Virus record (IMG/VR): IMGVR_UViG_3300048587_001155
Location: 12,534 to 76,533 of that record
DNA length: 64,000 nucleotides
From: a virus
Reading direction: 5' to 3' (one strand)
Positions 18,432 through 28,733 of the stretch are shown here, piece by piece (positions within the stretch are counted from its first letter, which is position 1; each line of letters starts with the position of its first letter). The position numbers and the translations under genes were made by a program. The notes below the pieces were generated by a model. The model searched no databases. It was not told the DNA's origin and saw only the letters and a program-made list of their open reading frames with translations.

Positions 18432-21400
18432 TTTCTGGCCTCGGCTTTCTGCTTAGCTTCACGCTTACGTGCCGCCTGAGTGTAATAGAGACGCATCAGA
18501 ATTTGTTCCTCAGGCGTCAACGGTCCCGCAGCCTGATTCGGGTAGAAGTTCTCGAAACTTCGAATTCGTGGAGATTGGTTCAGAACTGTTCGAAGCGCGT
18601 CCTCGGCATCTCTTCTGGCCACGTCCATCGGTACGTCAGAGATGTGGATACCCGTTCCGAAGTTGAGGAGATGATCAGTTGCTGTCTTGCGCGGGTCGAC
18701 AGCCTGACGATAAGCCGTCACGAATCGTGAGACTGGCGTATTCATCAAGATTTGATCGAACGGCTGGTATCCCGTCATCGAATACATCTTGTCCAGCGGT
18801 CGACCGAAGAAGAATGAGCGGTTGGCGAGCTGCTCGAGAAGTCCCTTAACCTCGGGGCGAATGGTTCCGAGCCAGCTCTCGGCCGTGCGACGAAGTCCCT
18901 CGCCGACCGTCGGTCCGAATTGGAATCGTTCGAACGGTTCTTCGAAGGGGAGACCGAGCGACGTAATGTACTTCCGCGCGCCATTGCTTTCTGAACCAAG
19001 AGGGATGTTAGTCTTCTCCCTGATGTATCCCGGAGTAAAGCTCTGTTGCTCGCCCGTGTTAGGCTGGTTGGCCGCGCGAATGGACTTCCCGAGGAACCCG
19101 CCCGGGTTCTCGAGTAACTCTGAAGCGACGAGCTGCAGGTTGTTTTTCATGAAGCTGAAGAATGGGATCATTCTCTTCATCACGTTGCGTTCGGCCCACG
19201 TGTAGGCCTCGGGCCGATAATCGAACTGCCATCGCTTGACCGAGAGTGCCGCTTCCTCTGGGGAGTATCCTTGCCTTAACGCCTCGATGAAGTGGCTCAG
19301 CCGGTTGAAGTCTTCCACGTTCTGCCCGATCGAGCCGCCGGCGTTCAATGCTCGGCCGACGACGTTCCGTTCCGCGGAATCAATCGCGCTTCGAACCATG
19401 CCGGCATTCGCGGGAAGCTTTGACTCCGGCGTTTCCATGAATGCCCGAGCCGGTCGGCCGAAGAGTAGATCCGTTCCGCTCGTCGGCACAACCTGGCTTG
19501 TCACCACGCCTGGCTGAATCGGCGCCTGTCCGGCCGCTCCAGTGATGGGAGCCGCCTGCGTCATATCCGGTGTTGGGACTGGCAATGGTTGAGGCGTTGA
19601 CGCCACGCTTGGCCGTGCGATGTCCGGCGCCTGCGTCAGTTCCGACACGTAGTTGGAGGCACGAAGAGCGCCGCCACCGTGGGCGAGCTCTCGTATCTTC
19701 GCTGTGTCCAGAATCTGACCATTGGGGAGTCGGAGAGTTACGGGCTGTCCAGCCATGACGCTGAAGGCATCACTCAGACTTTGCTGAGAAAGCTTCCGGG
19801 CGGCCATGTTGTAGAACATGCCGCTCATCAGGTTCCGCGAATGGAAAGAAGGCCAAGGAACCGTTGTCAGGCCTTTAAACCTGTTTTGCCAATAATCGAA
19901 GGCGTCCAGTAATCCCGAGTGCGCATCACGCGAGTTGATCGCCTTGATGTAGCCAGCGATGTCGTCCGCGTACTGGCGAGGGATGAACCATCCGGATAGA
20001 TCGACTTGCCCGAGATTGCCACCACGCTGCTGATTGATCTTCGCCCCGATCGCGCTGGCCGCGAGCCCTCCCTTCGAGGTATCGAAGCCGAGGGGGCCGA
20101 GCCCCGGCATGATGTCGGCCACAGACACATCGTCGAGTGAGGTTTGAACCGGCTTGGCGACGCGCGAGACGAGCTCGAGCAGGTTATCCGCCTGAGCCAT
20201 CTTCCGTTCCGCTGACCTCACGCCGAGGAAGAAGTCGACCGCGGGGTGAGCATTGAAGAGATCCTTGCCGGTATCGGCATAGTCGGCCGGCAGCCCTCGG
20301 AGCCAGTTGAACAACTCTAAGGCGTGATCGTAATTCGACTTGCCATCCCGCCAAGTGGTCCCTCGCGCGAGAGCTTCATCCGGGAAGCCGAGATAATCAT
20401 TCAGGATGGTTCGAATCGCGTCGGCATCATCAACGATCGATCCTGGACGAATAGGCCCGCTGATTCGAACGTCCCGGACCATGTCGTTGATGGCTTCACG
20501 GCCGAGCGGAATGTCCTTCAAGAAGGGAACGCGCGCGAAGTCCTGGGCGAGCCGGCTCATCGGTTGCATCGTCGCCGTGACGATCGTGTTCATCTCCTTC
20601 GGATCGTCATAAACGTGGCGAGGTAGGTACGCCAGGAAGTTGTCGGCCAGCGCGTTCTTATCGATGCCCACCTGTTGAAACGCCGGCACGTAATAGTTCA
20701 TCGCATGATTCATCGTCTTGCCGACTTCAGCCGCGCGAATCATCTTGGGGATCTCGGCGCCAACATCATTGGGAATCAACCGCTTGCCCGTCTGATCGGT
20801 GGGGAAGAGAATTGCCAGCTTGGGGTTCTGTCCGATCTCCGCATCGAGAGAAGACATGCCCGACGCCACACGAGTGAGGGCGTCGAGTTCCTGTTGTTTC
20901 AGCGCATCCGTCGCGAATAAGTCCATGGCCCGCTCGACATGGGGTCCGACAAGCTTCTCCGCTTCGACGGTCGACAACACTGGATCCGCAATCTTCGCCG
21001 TTTGGAACTCGGCTCGGTTCATCGCCGGCTGTGAGATCTCTTGACCGATACGCTGACCCAGTTCGGTCGACGCATTACCCGCTCCCGCGCTTAGGGTCCG
21101 GCGTACCGAATTCGTGATCGGATTATGCGTGATCGTATTCGCGACCGGCTGAAGTACTTTCTCGGCAAAGCCTTGAGACATGGGCCCGGTACCGAATACG
21201 AGGTTATTTCCCGTGAAAGGATTGGTGATTGCCGCTAACCCTCCTTGGCCAGCGGCAATCCGACTCGCTGTCGTAGGGGCGAGCCTCCCCGTAACCCCCG
21301 CCTCCCGCGCCAGCGTCGCCGTGTCTCGACCTGCGATGTTTCCGAGTGCGTCCAGATAGCCAGGTGCTTTCAGCACTCCTTGTTTGGCGGCTTGTTGTCC

Positions 21401-21958
21401 CGCTTCCGTCAGTGCTCGAGCTGGCCCGGTGACCCACGTAAGGGGATCGGTAAGGATTTCCGTACCGAGTCCCGCGACGTCCCAAAAGGCATCTGTGGGG
21501 TTCTTGAATGGATGAAAGCCTTCGACGTTTCGTGTCGCCAGCCCATAACTCTGAAGTAGATCTCTTCCGCTTGTGCGTTCCCTGGGATCGGTGATTCCTA
21601 GCGTGTCGGAGAACGGGATGAGATTGAGGAGTTGATCCGGACGGCCGGTGAGAAGCCCACGAACAGCGGCGCCCGGCTTGTCGAGCGTTTCGGCCACGTA
21701 CTGCAGTCCGCCGACGGCAGCACGCCCCACCTGGCCGAGGAGTGAGTCAGCTACCTCTGGTTGGAACTTGGGGAACTGCGGACCACTCGGGATGAGTTGG
21801 CCTTGAGCGTCGTACCTGGGCCGTTGGCGGCGCAACCGATACGCCTGATCGGAATAGGCCAGGGGATTATCGACGAGATCAGGAGCGACAGAGTAGGGGT
21901 CGAGATAGTTGAAGTCGTCCACCGGCGGTACCTCGAGAATGCACTTGATTTCGTGCAT
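18428..21958 (-). CDS. Large internal virion / DNA ejection protein
   Basis: 1176 aa, helical, with FHSRN and QFDY...ER..MKR.IPFFSF motifs; at the end of a podoviral late operon. Confidence 0.65.
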   Translation of the reverse strand: MHEIKCILEVPPVDDFNYLDPYSVAPDLVDNPLAYSDQAYRLRRQRPRYDAQGQLIPSGPQFPKFQPEVADSLLGQVGRAAVGGLQYVAETLDKPGAAVRGLLTGRPDQLLNLIPFSDTLGITDPRERTSGRDLLQSYGLATRNVEGFHPFKNPTDAFWDVAGLGTEILTDPLTWVTGPARALTEAGQQAAKQGVLKAPGYLDALGNIAGRDTATLAREAGVTGRLAPTTASRIAAGQGGLAAITNPFTGNNLVFGTGPMSQGFAEKVLQPVANTITHNPITNSVRRTLSAGAGNASTELGQRIGQEISQPAMNRAEFQTAKIADPVLSTVEAEKLVGPHVERAMDLFATDALKQQELDALTRVASGMSSLDAEIGQNPKLAILFPTDQTGKRLIPNDVGAEIPKMIRAAEVGKTMNHAMNYYVPAFQQVGIDKNALADNFLAYLPRHVYDDPKEMNTIVTATMQPMSRLAQDFARVPFLKDIPLGREAINDMVRDVRISGPIRPGSIVDDADAIRTILNDYLGFPDEALARGTTWRDGKSNYDHALELFNWLRGLPADYADTGKDLFNAHPAVDFFLGVRSAERKMAQADNLLELVSRVAKPVQTSLDDVSVADIMPGLGPLGFDTSKGGLAASAIGAKINQQRGGNLGQVDLSGWFIPRQYADDIAGYIKAINSRDAHSGLLDAFDYWQNRFKGLTTVPWPSFHSRNLMSGMFYNMAARKLSQQSLSDAFSVMAGQPVTLRLPNGQILDTAKIRELAHGGGALRASNYVSELTQAPDIARPSVASTPQPLPVPTPDMTQAAPITGAAGQAPIQPGVVTSQVVPTSGTDLLFGRPARAFMETPESKLPANAGMVRSAIDSAERNVVGRALNAGGSIGQNVEDFNRLSHFIEALRQGYSPEEAALSVKRWQFDYRPEAYTWAERNVMKRMIPFFSFMKNNLQLVASELLENPGGFLGKSIRAANQPNTGEQQSFTPGYIREKTNIPLGSESNGARKYITSLGLPFEEPFERFQFGPTVGEGLRRTAESWLGTIRPEVKGLLEQLANRSFFFGRPLDKMYSMTGYQPFDQILMNTPVSRFVTAYRQAVDPRKTATDHLLNFGTGIHISDVPMDVARRDAEDALRTVLNQSPRIRSFENFYPNQAAGPLTPEEQILMRLYYTQAARKREAKQKAEARK

Positions 21959-22008
21959 TGGAACCGCCGGCCATCAGAAAGGACAAGGGGAGGCTCAGTC
22001 CGAAGGTG

Positions 22009-22308
22009 TTACCTTTGACAGACGGGCAGTGAATCCAGATTGTTGTCCCACTTATTATCGCTGGCGGACCGAAGAGTCGGCTTGCCGCATTTATTGCACT
22101 GGTACTTATAGACGTTCGCTCGCTTACCTGATGAAGGGCTGATCGTGTAGAACTTATTCCCTAAATCCATCGACACATAGACCTCACTGACCGTCCACAA
22201 TCGCGAATAGCCTTGCTGATCTCCAGTCCCGACATTTACGATGTGCGCGCTTTCGAGAGGGTTACAAGTCGGCGACTGCAAGGTGCAGACGATTCGATAC
22301 TCTGCCAT
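22009..22308 (-). CDS. DUF3892-like protein
   Basis: YRIVC, HI..V, G.KFYT and C-terminal LRS..D...DNNLDSLP; SD AAGGG. Confidence 0.75.
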   Translation of the reverse strand: MAEYRIVCTLQSPTCNPLESAHIVNVGTGDQQGYSRLWTVSEVYVSMDLGNKFYTISPSSGKRANVYKYQCNKCGKPTLRSASDNKWDNNLDSLPVCQR

Positions 22309-22344
22309 GGCGATGGCATCCCTTCATTTTTAGGAGGTTTCATA

Positions 22345-22554
22345 ATGGCTGAAGTCGATGAGCTACGTGAGGAGAATCGGAAACAGATGTTCGAGGCGAG
22401 AGAGATTCTGCAAGGACTTCAGAAACAAATCGATGAAGCGATCTGCATAATCGGAACCTTCCTCAACAACAACCCAACAACGAAGAGACTGGGCCCATCG
22501 CCATCATTCTTTACGCCCCCGGTGGGCTATGAAGAACCTGCTCAGTCGTCGTGA
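22345..22554 (+). CDS. Small coiled-coil hypothetical protein (counter-oriented moron)
   Basis: Strong SD AGGAGG precedes ATG 22345. Confidence 0.6.
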   Translation: MAEVDELREENRKQMFEAREILQGLQKQIDEAICIIGTFLNNNPTTKRLGPSPSFFTPPVGYEEPAQSS

Positions 22555-22868
22555 CGGTGCCGGTCGTACAGCAAAGGCCGCTGATAATAATCCCACTCGC
22601 GCTGTTGGTTCGCGTCATAAAGCTCAGCACCGATGTACTGAAGTTGGCGTTCCACGGCGCGATGATGGCGTTCCAGTTCTACTTGGGCATCGCTCTTTTC
22701 TGATGACAGGAAGGGAAGCCGTCTTGACCAACGAAAGGGCATGGGCGAATTGACCAGCCAATAGATGCCGATTCCGGCGACAATCACGACCACGTAAAAG
22801 GCAACGTAACGAAAGAAGCTTTTGAATGCTTCGGTGCCCTTATGATCCTCATCACTATTTTGAGACAT
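22542..22868 (-). CDS. Small single-TM membrane protein
   Basis: YVAFYVVVIVAGIGIYWLV transmembrane segment; SD AGGAGG. Confidence 0.7.
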   Translation of the reverse strand: MSQNSDEDHKGTEAFKSFFRYVAFYVVVIVAGIGIYWLVNSPMPFRWSRRLPFLSSEKSDAQVELERHHRAVERQLQYIGAELYDANQQREWDYYQRPLLYDRHRHDD

Positions 22869-22928
22869 ATGCCCTCCTAAGTGAGGAGAGCACAAGTCCG
22901 CTACTGAGTCAAGCTAGGAGGCTTGCGA

Positions 22929-24257
22929 TCACCAGCCGCCCATCAGAATGCTATCGGCGATTCCCTTCATGGCTTCGTCGCGGCGTTGCTGATGCATCTG
23001 CTGATTTTGATCATAGCCCTTTTGATACCTGCTACGGAGAGTGTCAGAGTCAATCACACCCGATCTGAGTGAATCGAGCCATCCTCGCAGGCCCGCCTGT
23101 GCAGATGGAGTCCACAAGATTCCTTCTGGTACCTGAACCGGATTCCCCGACTTCTCACGAGCTCGAATGAATTGCGACAGGATTGCAAGATCAGACTCGT
23201 TTAATTTCCCATCGATCCACTTCTGGTACGCGGAATAGAGATCGTTCGTATCGAACTCTTCGGGTTGCCGCTTATCAAGCAGCTCTACCATCGTCGGACG
23301 CTGTGAGAGATTCGCCGCCATTATTTTGGCAGCACCGCGTTTGCTCGCCTCCGAAAGCGTGGGGTCGTCTTCTGGTAATGGCGGCGCCGTTCCTCGACCT
23401 CCGCCGCCGAACTGTTGAATGATTCGCGCTGCCCCCTCCATCGCCATCTCTGGAGGTACGCCACGATTGATCATTGTCATCGCCATCATTTGGGGTGACT
23501 GAGCGAATCGGAATTGATTAGCATCCGTGACCGCCTGCTGCATCTGAATCGGCCGATCGCCCGCTCCCTCGAGCGCTTGCCGTACCACTTGTGGATTGGC
23601 CTGCGTTCTCGGAACCGCTCGATAGAACGCGGCGCTCGTTCCGTCATTCGCTCCACCGAATCCGCTGAACTGATGGGGAGTCAGTCCGTGCAACCGTGCT
23701 TGCCGCTGTTGAAGCGTCTGACTCCGAATCTGATCCATCATCGCACCGCGCACGAAACGCTCTTCATCGCTCATCCCGTCCCATCGCTGGAACTCTGGAT
23801 CCGCCATCAAGTCGCCCGGCGCACGGAACGCGAAATGACGCGCATTCGTTCCGGGCATCTGGCTCATGACGTCTTGAACGTGCTGAAGATCCTTCCAATC
23901 CGCCGGAGACATATTGGTGAGATCGGTAGGGGACTCCTGCCCGGGAACCGACTGTTTATCTGCGACAGCGACGACGACAGGTTCCTCTCGATCCGTCGAA
24001 TGAACCGGAGGAGATGACTTACCCCCGAGCATGTCATTGAGTGCCGCCACAGACTCGCCGGGGTTGAACTGTTTGGACGAACCCTCACGAGGAGGAATCA
24101 CGTACGGCTCACCGTTCGCCGTACCTCGAGGTAAATTCCCCGCTCGTGGTATCTCGGGACTGAGTCCGGGAATGAAGTACGGTTCTCCGTTGGCGGTTCC
24201 TCTCGGAAGCCCGCCACGTGTTCGTTCGTCCTTCTTGCGATCGACAGAGACGCCCAT
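22929..24257 (-). CDS. Putative ejection / internal virion protein
   Basis: Position in the ejection cluster; duplicated LPRGTANGEPY motif. Confidence 0.55.
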   Translation of the reverse strand: MGVSVDRKKDERTRGGLPRGTANGEPYFIPGLSPEIPRAGNLPRGTANGEPYVIPPREGSSKQFNPGESVAALNDMLGGKSSPPVHSTDREEPVVVAVADKQSVPGQESPTDLTNMSPADWKDLQHVQDVMSQMPGTNARHFAFRAPGDLMADPEFQRWDGMSDEERFVRGAMMDQIRSQTLQQRQARLHGLTPHQFSGFGGANDGTSAAFYRAVPRTQANPQVVRQALEGAGDRPIQMQQAVTDANQFRFAQSPQMMAMTMINRGVPPEMAMEGAARIIQQFGGGGRGTAPPLPEDDPTLSEASKRGAAKIMAANLSQRPTMVELLDKRQPEEFDTNDLYSAYQKWIDGKLNESDLAILSQFIRAREKSGNPVQVPEGILWTPSAQAGLRGWLDSLRSGVIDSDTLRSRYQKGYDQNQQMHQQRRDEAMKGIADSILMGGW

Positions 24258-24300
24258 CGTTACACCCTCTGACTCAACCACTCGTTCCGAAGATCACTGA

Positions 24301-25014
24301 TTAAACGCGAATTCCGGAGGCACCCGTCTGGCCCGCATTCGCGTTACTGGATCCCATCATCGCCGGATTCTGCCGATTCTGATTGAACACCTGCTGCAAG
24401 AAGCCGAGGTAATTCGAGTCGAGTCCCGTGGGATTCTGCCCGCTCTGCGCTGACGGCACGAACGAGTAGAGACTCTTCTGAGATGGTCCCTCGATCGTCG
24501 GTGCCTGAATCGACTGGCCGGTCGGCGTTCTTCCCGCGGAGACGTTTGCCGCTTGACGTGATGCGTCGTGAAGTCCGCTCATCGCGCCGATCGGTCGACC
24601 GGCCCCATTCGCCGCAACGTCGTTCAAGGAACGATTAGTGTCCTGTTGCATGGGAGGCTGAACTCCCGGTCGAGCGAATCCTCCTCCTTGTGCCTGAGGC
24701 GCCGCTGCTGCTCGAGACGAGCTGACCAAGTCGTTAAGCTGCGATTGCAGTCCCTGCAGATAGGAATAGGTCGGCGAATTCGGAGCGGGATTCTGCGACT
24801 GAAGCCGTCCGATCTCTGACGTGAGCTGATTGATCTGTTGAGCAGGTGTCGCGGCCGGAGCTCCCGTCCCCTGCGCCGCCGCTGGATTAGGTGCGACTCC
24901 GGCAGCGCTCGGAAATCCTCCTCCACCATAGCCACCCCCACCATAACCGCCCCCGCCATATCCTCCTCCACCGTAACCGCCGCCACCCACTCCACCGCCG
25001 CCGTATGCTGGCAT
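24301..25014 (-). CDS. Gly/Gln-rich putative ejection protein with (GGGGY)n N-terminus
   Basis: SD AAAGGAG; low-complexity sequence. Confidence 0.6.
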   Translation of the reverse strand: MPAYGGGGVGGGGYGGGGYGGGGYGGGGYGGGGFPSAAGVAPNPAAAQGTGAPAATPAQQINQLTSEIGRLQSQNPAPNSPTYSYLQGLQSQLNDLVSSSRAAAAPQAQGGGFARPGVQPPMQQDTNRSLNDVAANGAGRPIGAMSGLHDASRQAANVSAGRTPTGQSIQAPTIEGPSQKSLYSFVPSAQSGQNPTGLDSNYLGFLQQVFNQNRQNPAMMGSSNANAGQTGASGIRV

Positions 25015-25025
25015 GATTCGCTCCT

Positions 25026-27347
25026 TTAATCTCCCAAGGGATCATTTCGTTCCATGATGTAACCTCTAATCGCTCCATTGTGGTCGCGCCAGGCACTTTT
25101 AACCTCGCTGCCCGGACCGCGTATCTGGCCTCGTGCATCAGTAAGGGCGACTTTTCGGCCAATGTTGTGACCAGCTCCTTTCATAGCACGCTCGTAGGCT
25201 TTGAGGGCATTCATGAAATTCGCTTGCGCCGTCGAGTTGATGGGCATGGTAGCAGGCAATGGGGGGCCGCCTTCTCCGCTTCCGGCTGTGTCTTGCTGCC
25301 AGCGAGCGGCTTTCAAGAAGCCTTCACTTGTCGTAGATTTACTTCCATAGTCGTTGTAAACCGTGCCATTGTCAAAAGCATACATTGGGTGAGAGCCGTA
25401 TTGCACGCCTCGGCCTTTTTGCCTAGTTCCGACACCGAGGAAGTTATTAACCTTCTGTGCTGAATTAGCCTTTTCAATGCCCGCTTTAACAAGATCCGCC
25501 TCGATACGAGGATCGATTTCGGGATTCGCTCTTTGCCCGCCTAGCCATCTACGGACGGTTTCCAAGACGTTGGTGGTATCCCAATTACCAGGAGCAAGCC
25601 CGCCCATGTAGTGATCAAAAAGTGTTCGCAGAAACTTTCCAGAGGTCGCGCCGATGCTGACTCCCTTCGGGAATCCGCCTCGCGAAGTCAACGAGGAACT
25701 ACCTGGGTCGCCATATAAGCCAGACGATCCGTAAGGGTCGTACGGCGAGACAAGGGTGTCTCGACCATCCGCGTATCGTGCGATCCCTGCTAGCGTCTCT
25801 CCAAACTCCTTGCCGAATCGTCCTCCATCAGGATCTTCCGAGGGGATGGCAATGACGTCCTGATTGCTCGATTGATCTCTGCCGTCTAATCCCCTCTGAG
25901 CATTCACCCCTTGCTCGGCTTGCTTCAACAACTGACGAAGGGGATGATCGGACCCATTCGCGCCACCGCCAGGCTTGACTTTCCCTAGCTCATTGAAGTC
26001 GACCGGGCCTCTCCCCCCGAGTGCGTCGAAGTCTCCGTTCATCGGGACGCCCCACGGAGGATTCTTGGGAATGTCGTAAGACTCCCAAATGCTCGCTTCT
26101 CTTTCCTTGGCCCATTGCTGGTACTGCTGCCGGGCAAACTCCGGGTTATCCAGTTTGGCGAGTTCTTCTTTGAGCATTTGAGGAACGCCAGGAGCACGCC
26201 CGTCAAGATCGCCGAATCCTCCTCCCTTCTGTTGCTGCTGAACACGCATCTTGACCGCATCTTGGGCCATCTGCCTTTTCACTTCGGCATTGATGGCATT
26301 CGGAATATCCGGCTTCCCTTGTGGTTCAGCCGCCCAATTCCGTTGATGGATATTCATCTCATCGGCTTGGCCTGCCCTGCTTTGCTCTCGAAGTTCCGAC
26401 GCGATATTGCGCGACGGTAGACCCTCGTTTCTAAGATTGCGAGACTGACCGAGTTGGAGTGTTGGTGTTGTGACGGGATTCAGAAACTTCTGCGCGTCAA
26501 AATGGCCGGTTTTGGGATCAATCGAGTCAACCCATAGCTCTTGAGAATACGGGGATTGATAGTTCAGGTTGCCCGTCTTATTTGGAGGCACGTCAGAGTA
26601 AGTCGGCTTTTCTTGAGTCTGTGTTCCAGTGAATCCTCGATTCCGCGCAGTCATATCGCGGTTCATCACCGGGTACTTATTGCCACGCTGGGCAAAGGCT
26701 TCATCAAACGCATCTTGAGATCGATACGTGTTCTCGACCTGCTGCGCCCATCTCGGCTGACCGGACAATGCTCGCTCGAGTTGATTGCTGGCCGATGCAT
26801 TAGCGAGAGCCTCGGCGCGACTCAAGTACGGACTCACGTTCGACATGATACGTGCGCTGAGATCTTGCTGTGTCTGTCCCTTGAGTCCGAGGGGCATCAT
26901 GGCGTTCGCGGCAGCACTACCCGCACCTTTACCGCCAATGGCCATCGCGTTCTGTGTGATGTTCATTCCATTGGTAGAGAATCCACCGGGGACGATATTG
27001 GTTCTGCCGGTATTCGCCACCTGATTCAAGAAGGCTTGCGATTGGTTCTGTTGATTCTCGAAGTTGTCACGATTTGACCAAGGATCTTGTCCTAACGCGC
27101 GAGCCAGCCCTCGGGCGAGATCAGTGTAACCGCGGCCGAATACGGCCTTTTGAACATCTTCAACACCGGCGGCTGCGATCGGTCCAGAAAAGTTACCGAC
27201 GTTCACCGATCCTTGGCCGGTCGCTTGTGACGCTTTATTTTTTGCCGCCTGCCCCATCTTTGACGCAGCGCCTGCGGACGCGCCAGCCATGCCTATACCA
27301 GACTGGCTTGTCGCAAAACGGTCGTCATTCGGATTGCCACCCATCAT
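25026..27347 (-). CDS. Putative ejection / internal virion protein
   Basis: 773 aa, G/A/Q/N-rich, in the ejection cluster. Confidence 0.55.
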   Translation of the reverse strand: MMGGNPNDDRFATSQSGIGMAGASAGAASKMGQAAKNKASQATGQGSVNVGNFSGPIAAAGVEDVQKAVFGRGYTDLARGLARALGQDPWSNRDNFENQQNQSQAFLNQVANTGRTNIVPGGFSTNGMNITQNAMAIGGKGAGSAAANAMMPLGLKGQTQQDLSARIMSNVSPYLSRAEALANASASNQLERALSGQPRWAQQVENTYRSQDAFDEAFAQRGNKYPVMNRDMTARNRGFTGTQTQEKPTYSDVPPNKTGNLNYQSPYSQELWVDSIDPKTGHFDAQKFLNPVTTPTLQLGQSRNLRNEGLPSRNIASELREQSRAGQADEMNIHQRNWAAEPQGKPDIPNAINAEVKRQMAQDAVKMRVQQQQKGGGFGDLDGRAPGVPQMLKEELAKLDNPEFARQQYQQWAKEREASIWESYDIPKNPPWGVPMNGDFDALGGRGPVDFNELGKVKPGGGANGSDHPLRQLLKQAEQGVNAQRGLDGRDQSSNQDVIAIPSEDPDGGRFGKEFGETLAGIARYADGRDTLVSPYDPYGSSGLYGDPGSSSLTSRGGFPKGVSIGATSGKFLRTLFDHYMGGLAPGNWDTTNVLETVRRWLGGQRANPEIDPRIEADLVKAGIEKANSAQKVNNFLGVGTRQKGRGVQYGSHPMYAFDNGTVYNDYGSKSTTSEGFLKAARWQQDTAGSGEGGPPLPATMPINSTAQANFMNALKAYERAMKGAGHNIGRKVALTDARGQIRGPGSEVKSAWRDHNGAIRGYIMERNDPLGD

Positions 27348-27360
27348 GGTGCGTTAGTCC

Positions 27361-28044
27361 TTAGCTGAAGATCTGGCCGAGCGCATTGCTGAGGAGCTGC
27401 GACCGTGCTGCTTGATTCTGCTGGAACATGTTCAGCATCGCGGCCTGTGAAGAGATGAGGGCATTGAGGTAATCATTCTGAAGCTTGCCGGAAGCGATTT
27501 CTCCTTGCTGCTGAAAGTTGGCATTCCCTTGAGCCGCTTCCCATCGCGCCTGACGTTCCGCGGCCGAATCCCCCGCCATCCTTGCATTGTCGATCGCGAT
27601 CTGAGCGCCGAAGGTGATCGGGCTCCCTTGACCATAACCCTGCTGAGCCATGCGCTCCTGATACTTCCGAGTGTTCGTGTCGGCCTGCTGCGCGGAAGAG
27701 GCTTTCAGGTTGTTCACCTGATCCTGAATTTGTTGATCCGACCAGATCGGTCCCGAGGTTACTTTCGGGACTTGGAATCGTTGCTGGATTTGATCGGGAG
27801 AGAGCCCCATCTGACGAAGCTTGGCGCCGTAATCTTGATCCGGAAGGATCGAGCTTGCCCACTGATTCATCAGCCCGGAATTGAAATAGCCGCTCCCATT
27901 GTGGACGCCGAAGGTTCGAGCAAGAGCCCCTTGATTGCCCCCCTTGAGCTTCGCGTTCTCGTTCTGCGTCGACAGAACGCGCATTTCCGCTTCTGTCTTC
28001 ATTTGGTCGGGAGTAGTAAACTTCATGAACTCGCCGAACGCCAT
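27361..28044 (-). CDS. Putative ejection / pilot protein
   Basis: Q/A-rich helical 227 aa directly after the tail genes; SD GAGGTG. Confidence 0.55.
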   Translation of the reverse strand: MAFGEFMKFTTPDQMKTEAEMRVLSTQNENAKLKGGNQGALARTFGVHNGSGYFNSGLMNQWASSILPDQDYGAKLRQMGLSPDQIQQRFQVPKVTSGPIWSDQQIQDQVNNLKASSAQQADTNTRKYQERMAQQGYGQGSPITFGAQIAIDNARMAGDSAAERQARWEAAQGNANFQQQGEIASGKLQNDYLNALISSQAAMLNMFQQNQAARSQLLSNALGQIFS

Positions 28045-28058
28045 GAATCACCTCTCAA

Positions 28059-28721
28059 TTACGTGTCGACGTAACTACTGGCCGTCATCACTCCGGTGCA
28101 GGTGATATTCCCCGTTACCGTGATGTCACCAGTCATGGTTAACCCGCCGACGAGGGCGAGTGCCAGTCCACCCAACCCGTGAGCGATGCGAGCAGCCGTA
28201 CCGCTGACGTTGTGAGCTACCTCGAACGAGTAGGTTCCGGCGGTTTGTTGGCTCATCAAATAGCCGTCGTAGCTGATGCAGGGACGTCCGGCCGTCTGTA
28301 GACAGAACCCGCTCGCTCCACCATGCAGAATTCGCATGGCGCTCGTGCTCAAACTGTGCTGCACGTCCACGGCATAACCGTTGTTCAGAGAGGCATTTTG
28401 GTTGCCGAGGAGGAGTCCGTGATAAAACGTCCCCTCTCGGCCGAACACTTTGAGGGCGAATCCCCCGGCCCCAGTGTGGGTAATGTCGAGCGCGTTCGCC
28501 GTCCCGGTAGCCGCGATGAAAAGGGTCGACGCGAAGGTATTCGGCTGGAGGAAGGTTTGCTCAGAATCGAGACGGGCGAAGCTGGCACCGATCGTTTGTG
28601 TCCGGAAAAAGACGTCGAACAGACTGGCGATCTCCTTTGCCAGCATGTTGGCGCCGCCGGGATAGTCCCAGCTCTGACGGAGAAGCCGCTGTGTCTCCTG
28701 TTCCGGGACAAAGTCCGCCAC
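28059..28721 (-). CDS. Tail needle / short fibre-like protein
   Basis: Internal repeats (A..I.H.G.GG.AL...GR) and a C-terminal TGDITVTGNITCTG beta motif. Confidence 0.55.
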   Translation of the reverse strand: MADFVPEQETQRLLRQSWDYPGGANMLAKEIASLFDVFFRTQTIGASFARLDSEQTFLQPNTFASTLFIAATGTANALDITHTGAGGFALKVFGREGTFYHGLLLGNQNASLNNGYAVDVQHSLSTSAMRILHGGASGFCLQTAGRPCISYDGYLMSQQTAGTYSFEVAHNVSGTAARIAHGLGGLALALVGGLTMTGDITVTGNITCTGVMTASSYVDT

Positions 28722-28733
28722 GTTTGATCTCGC

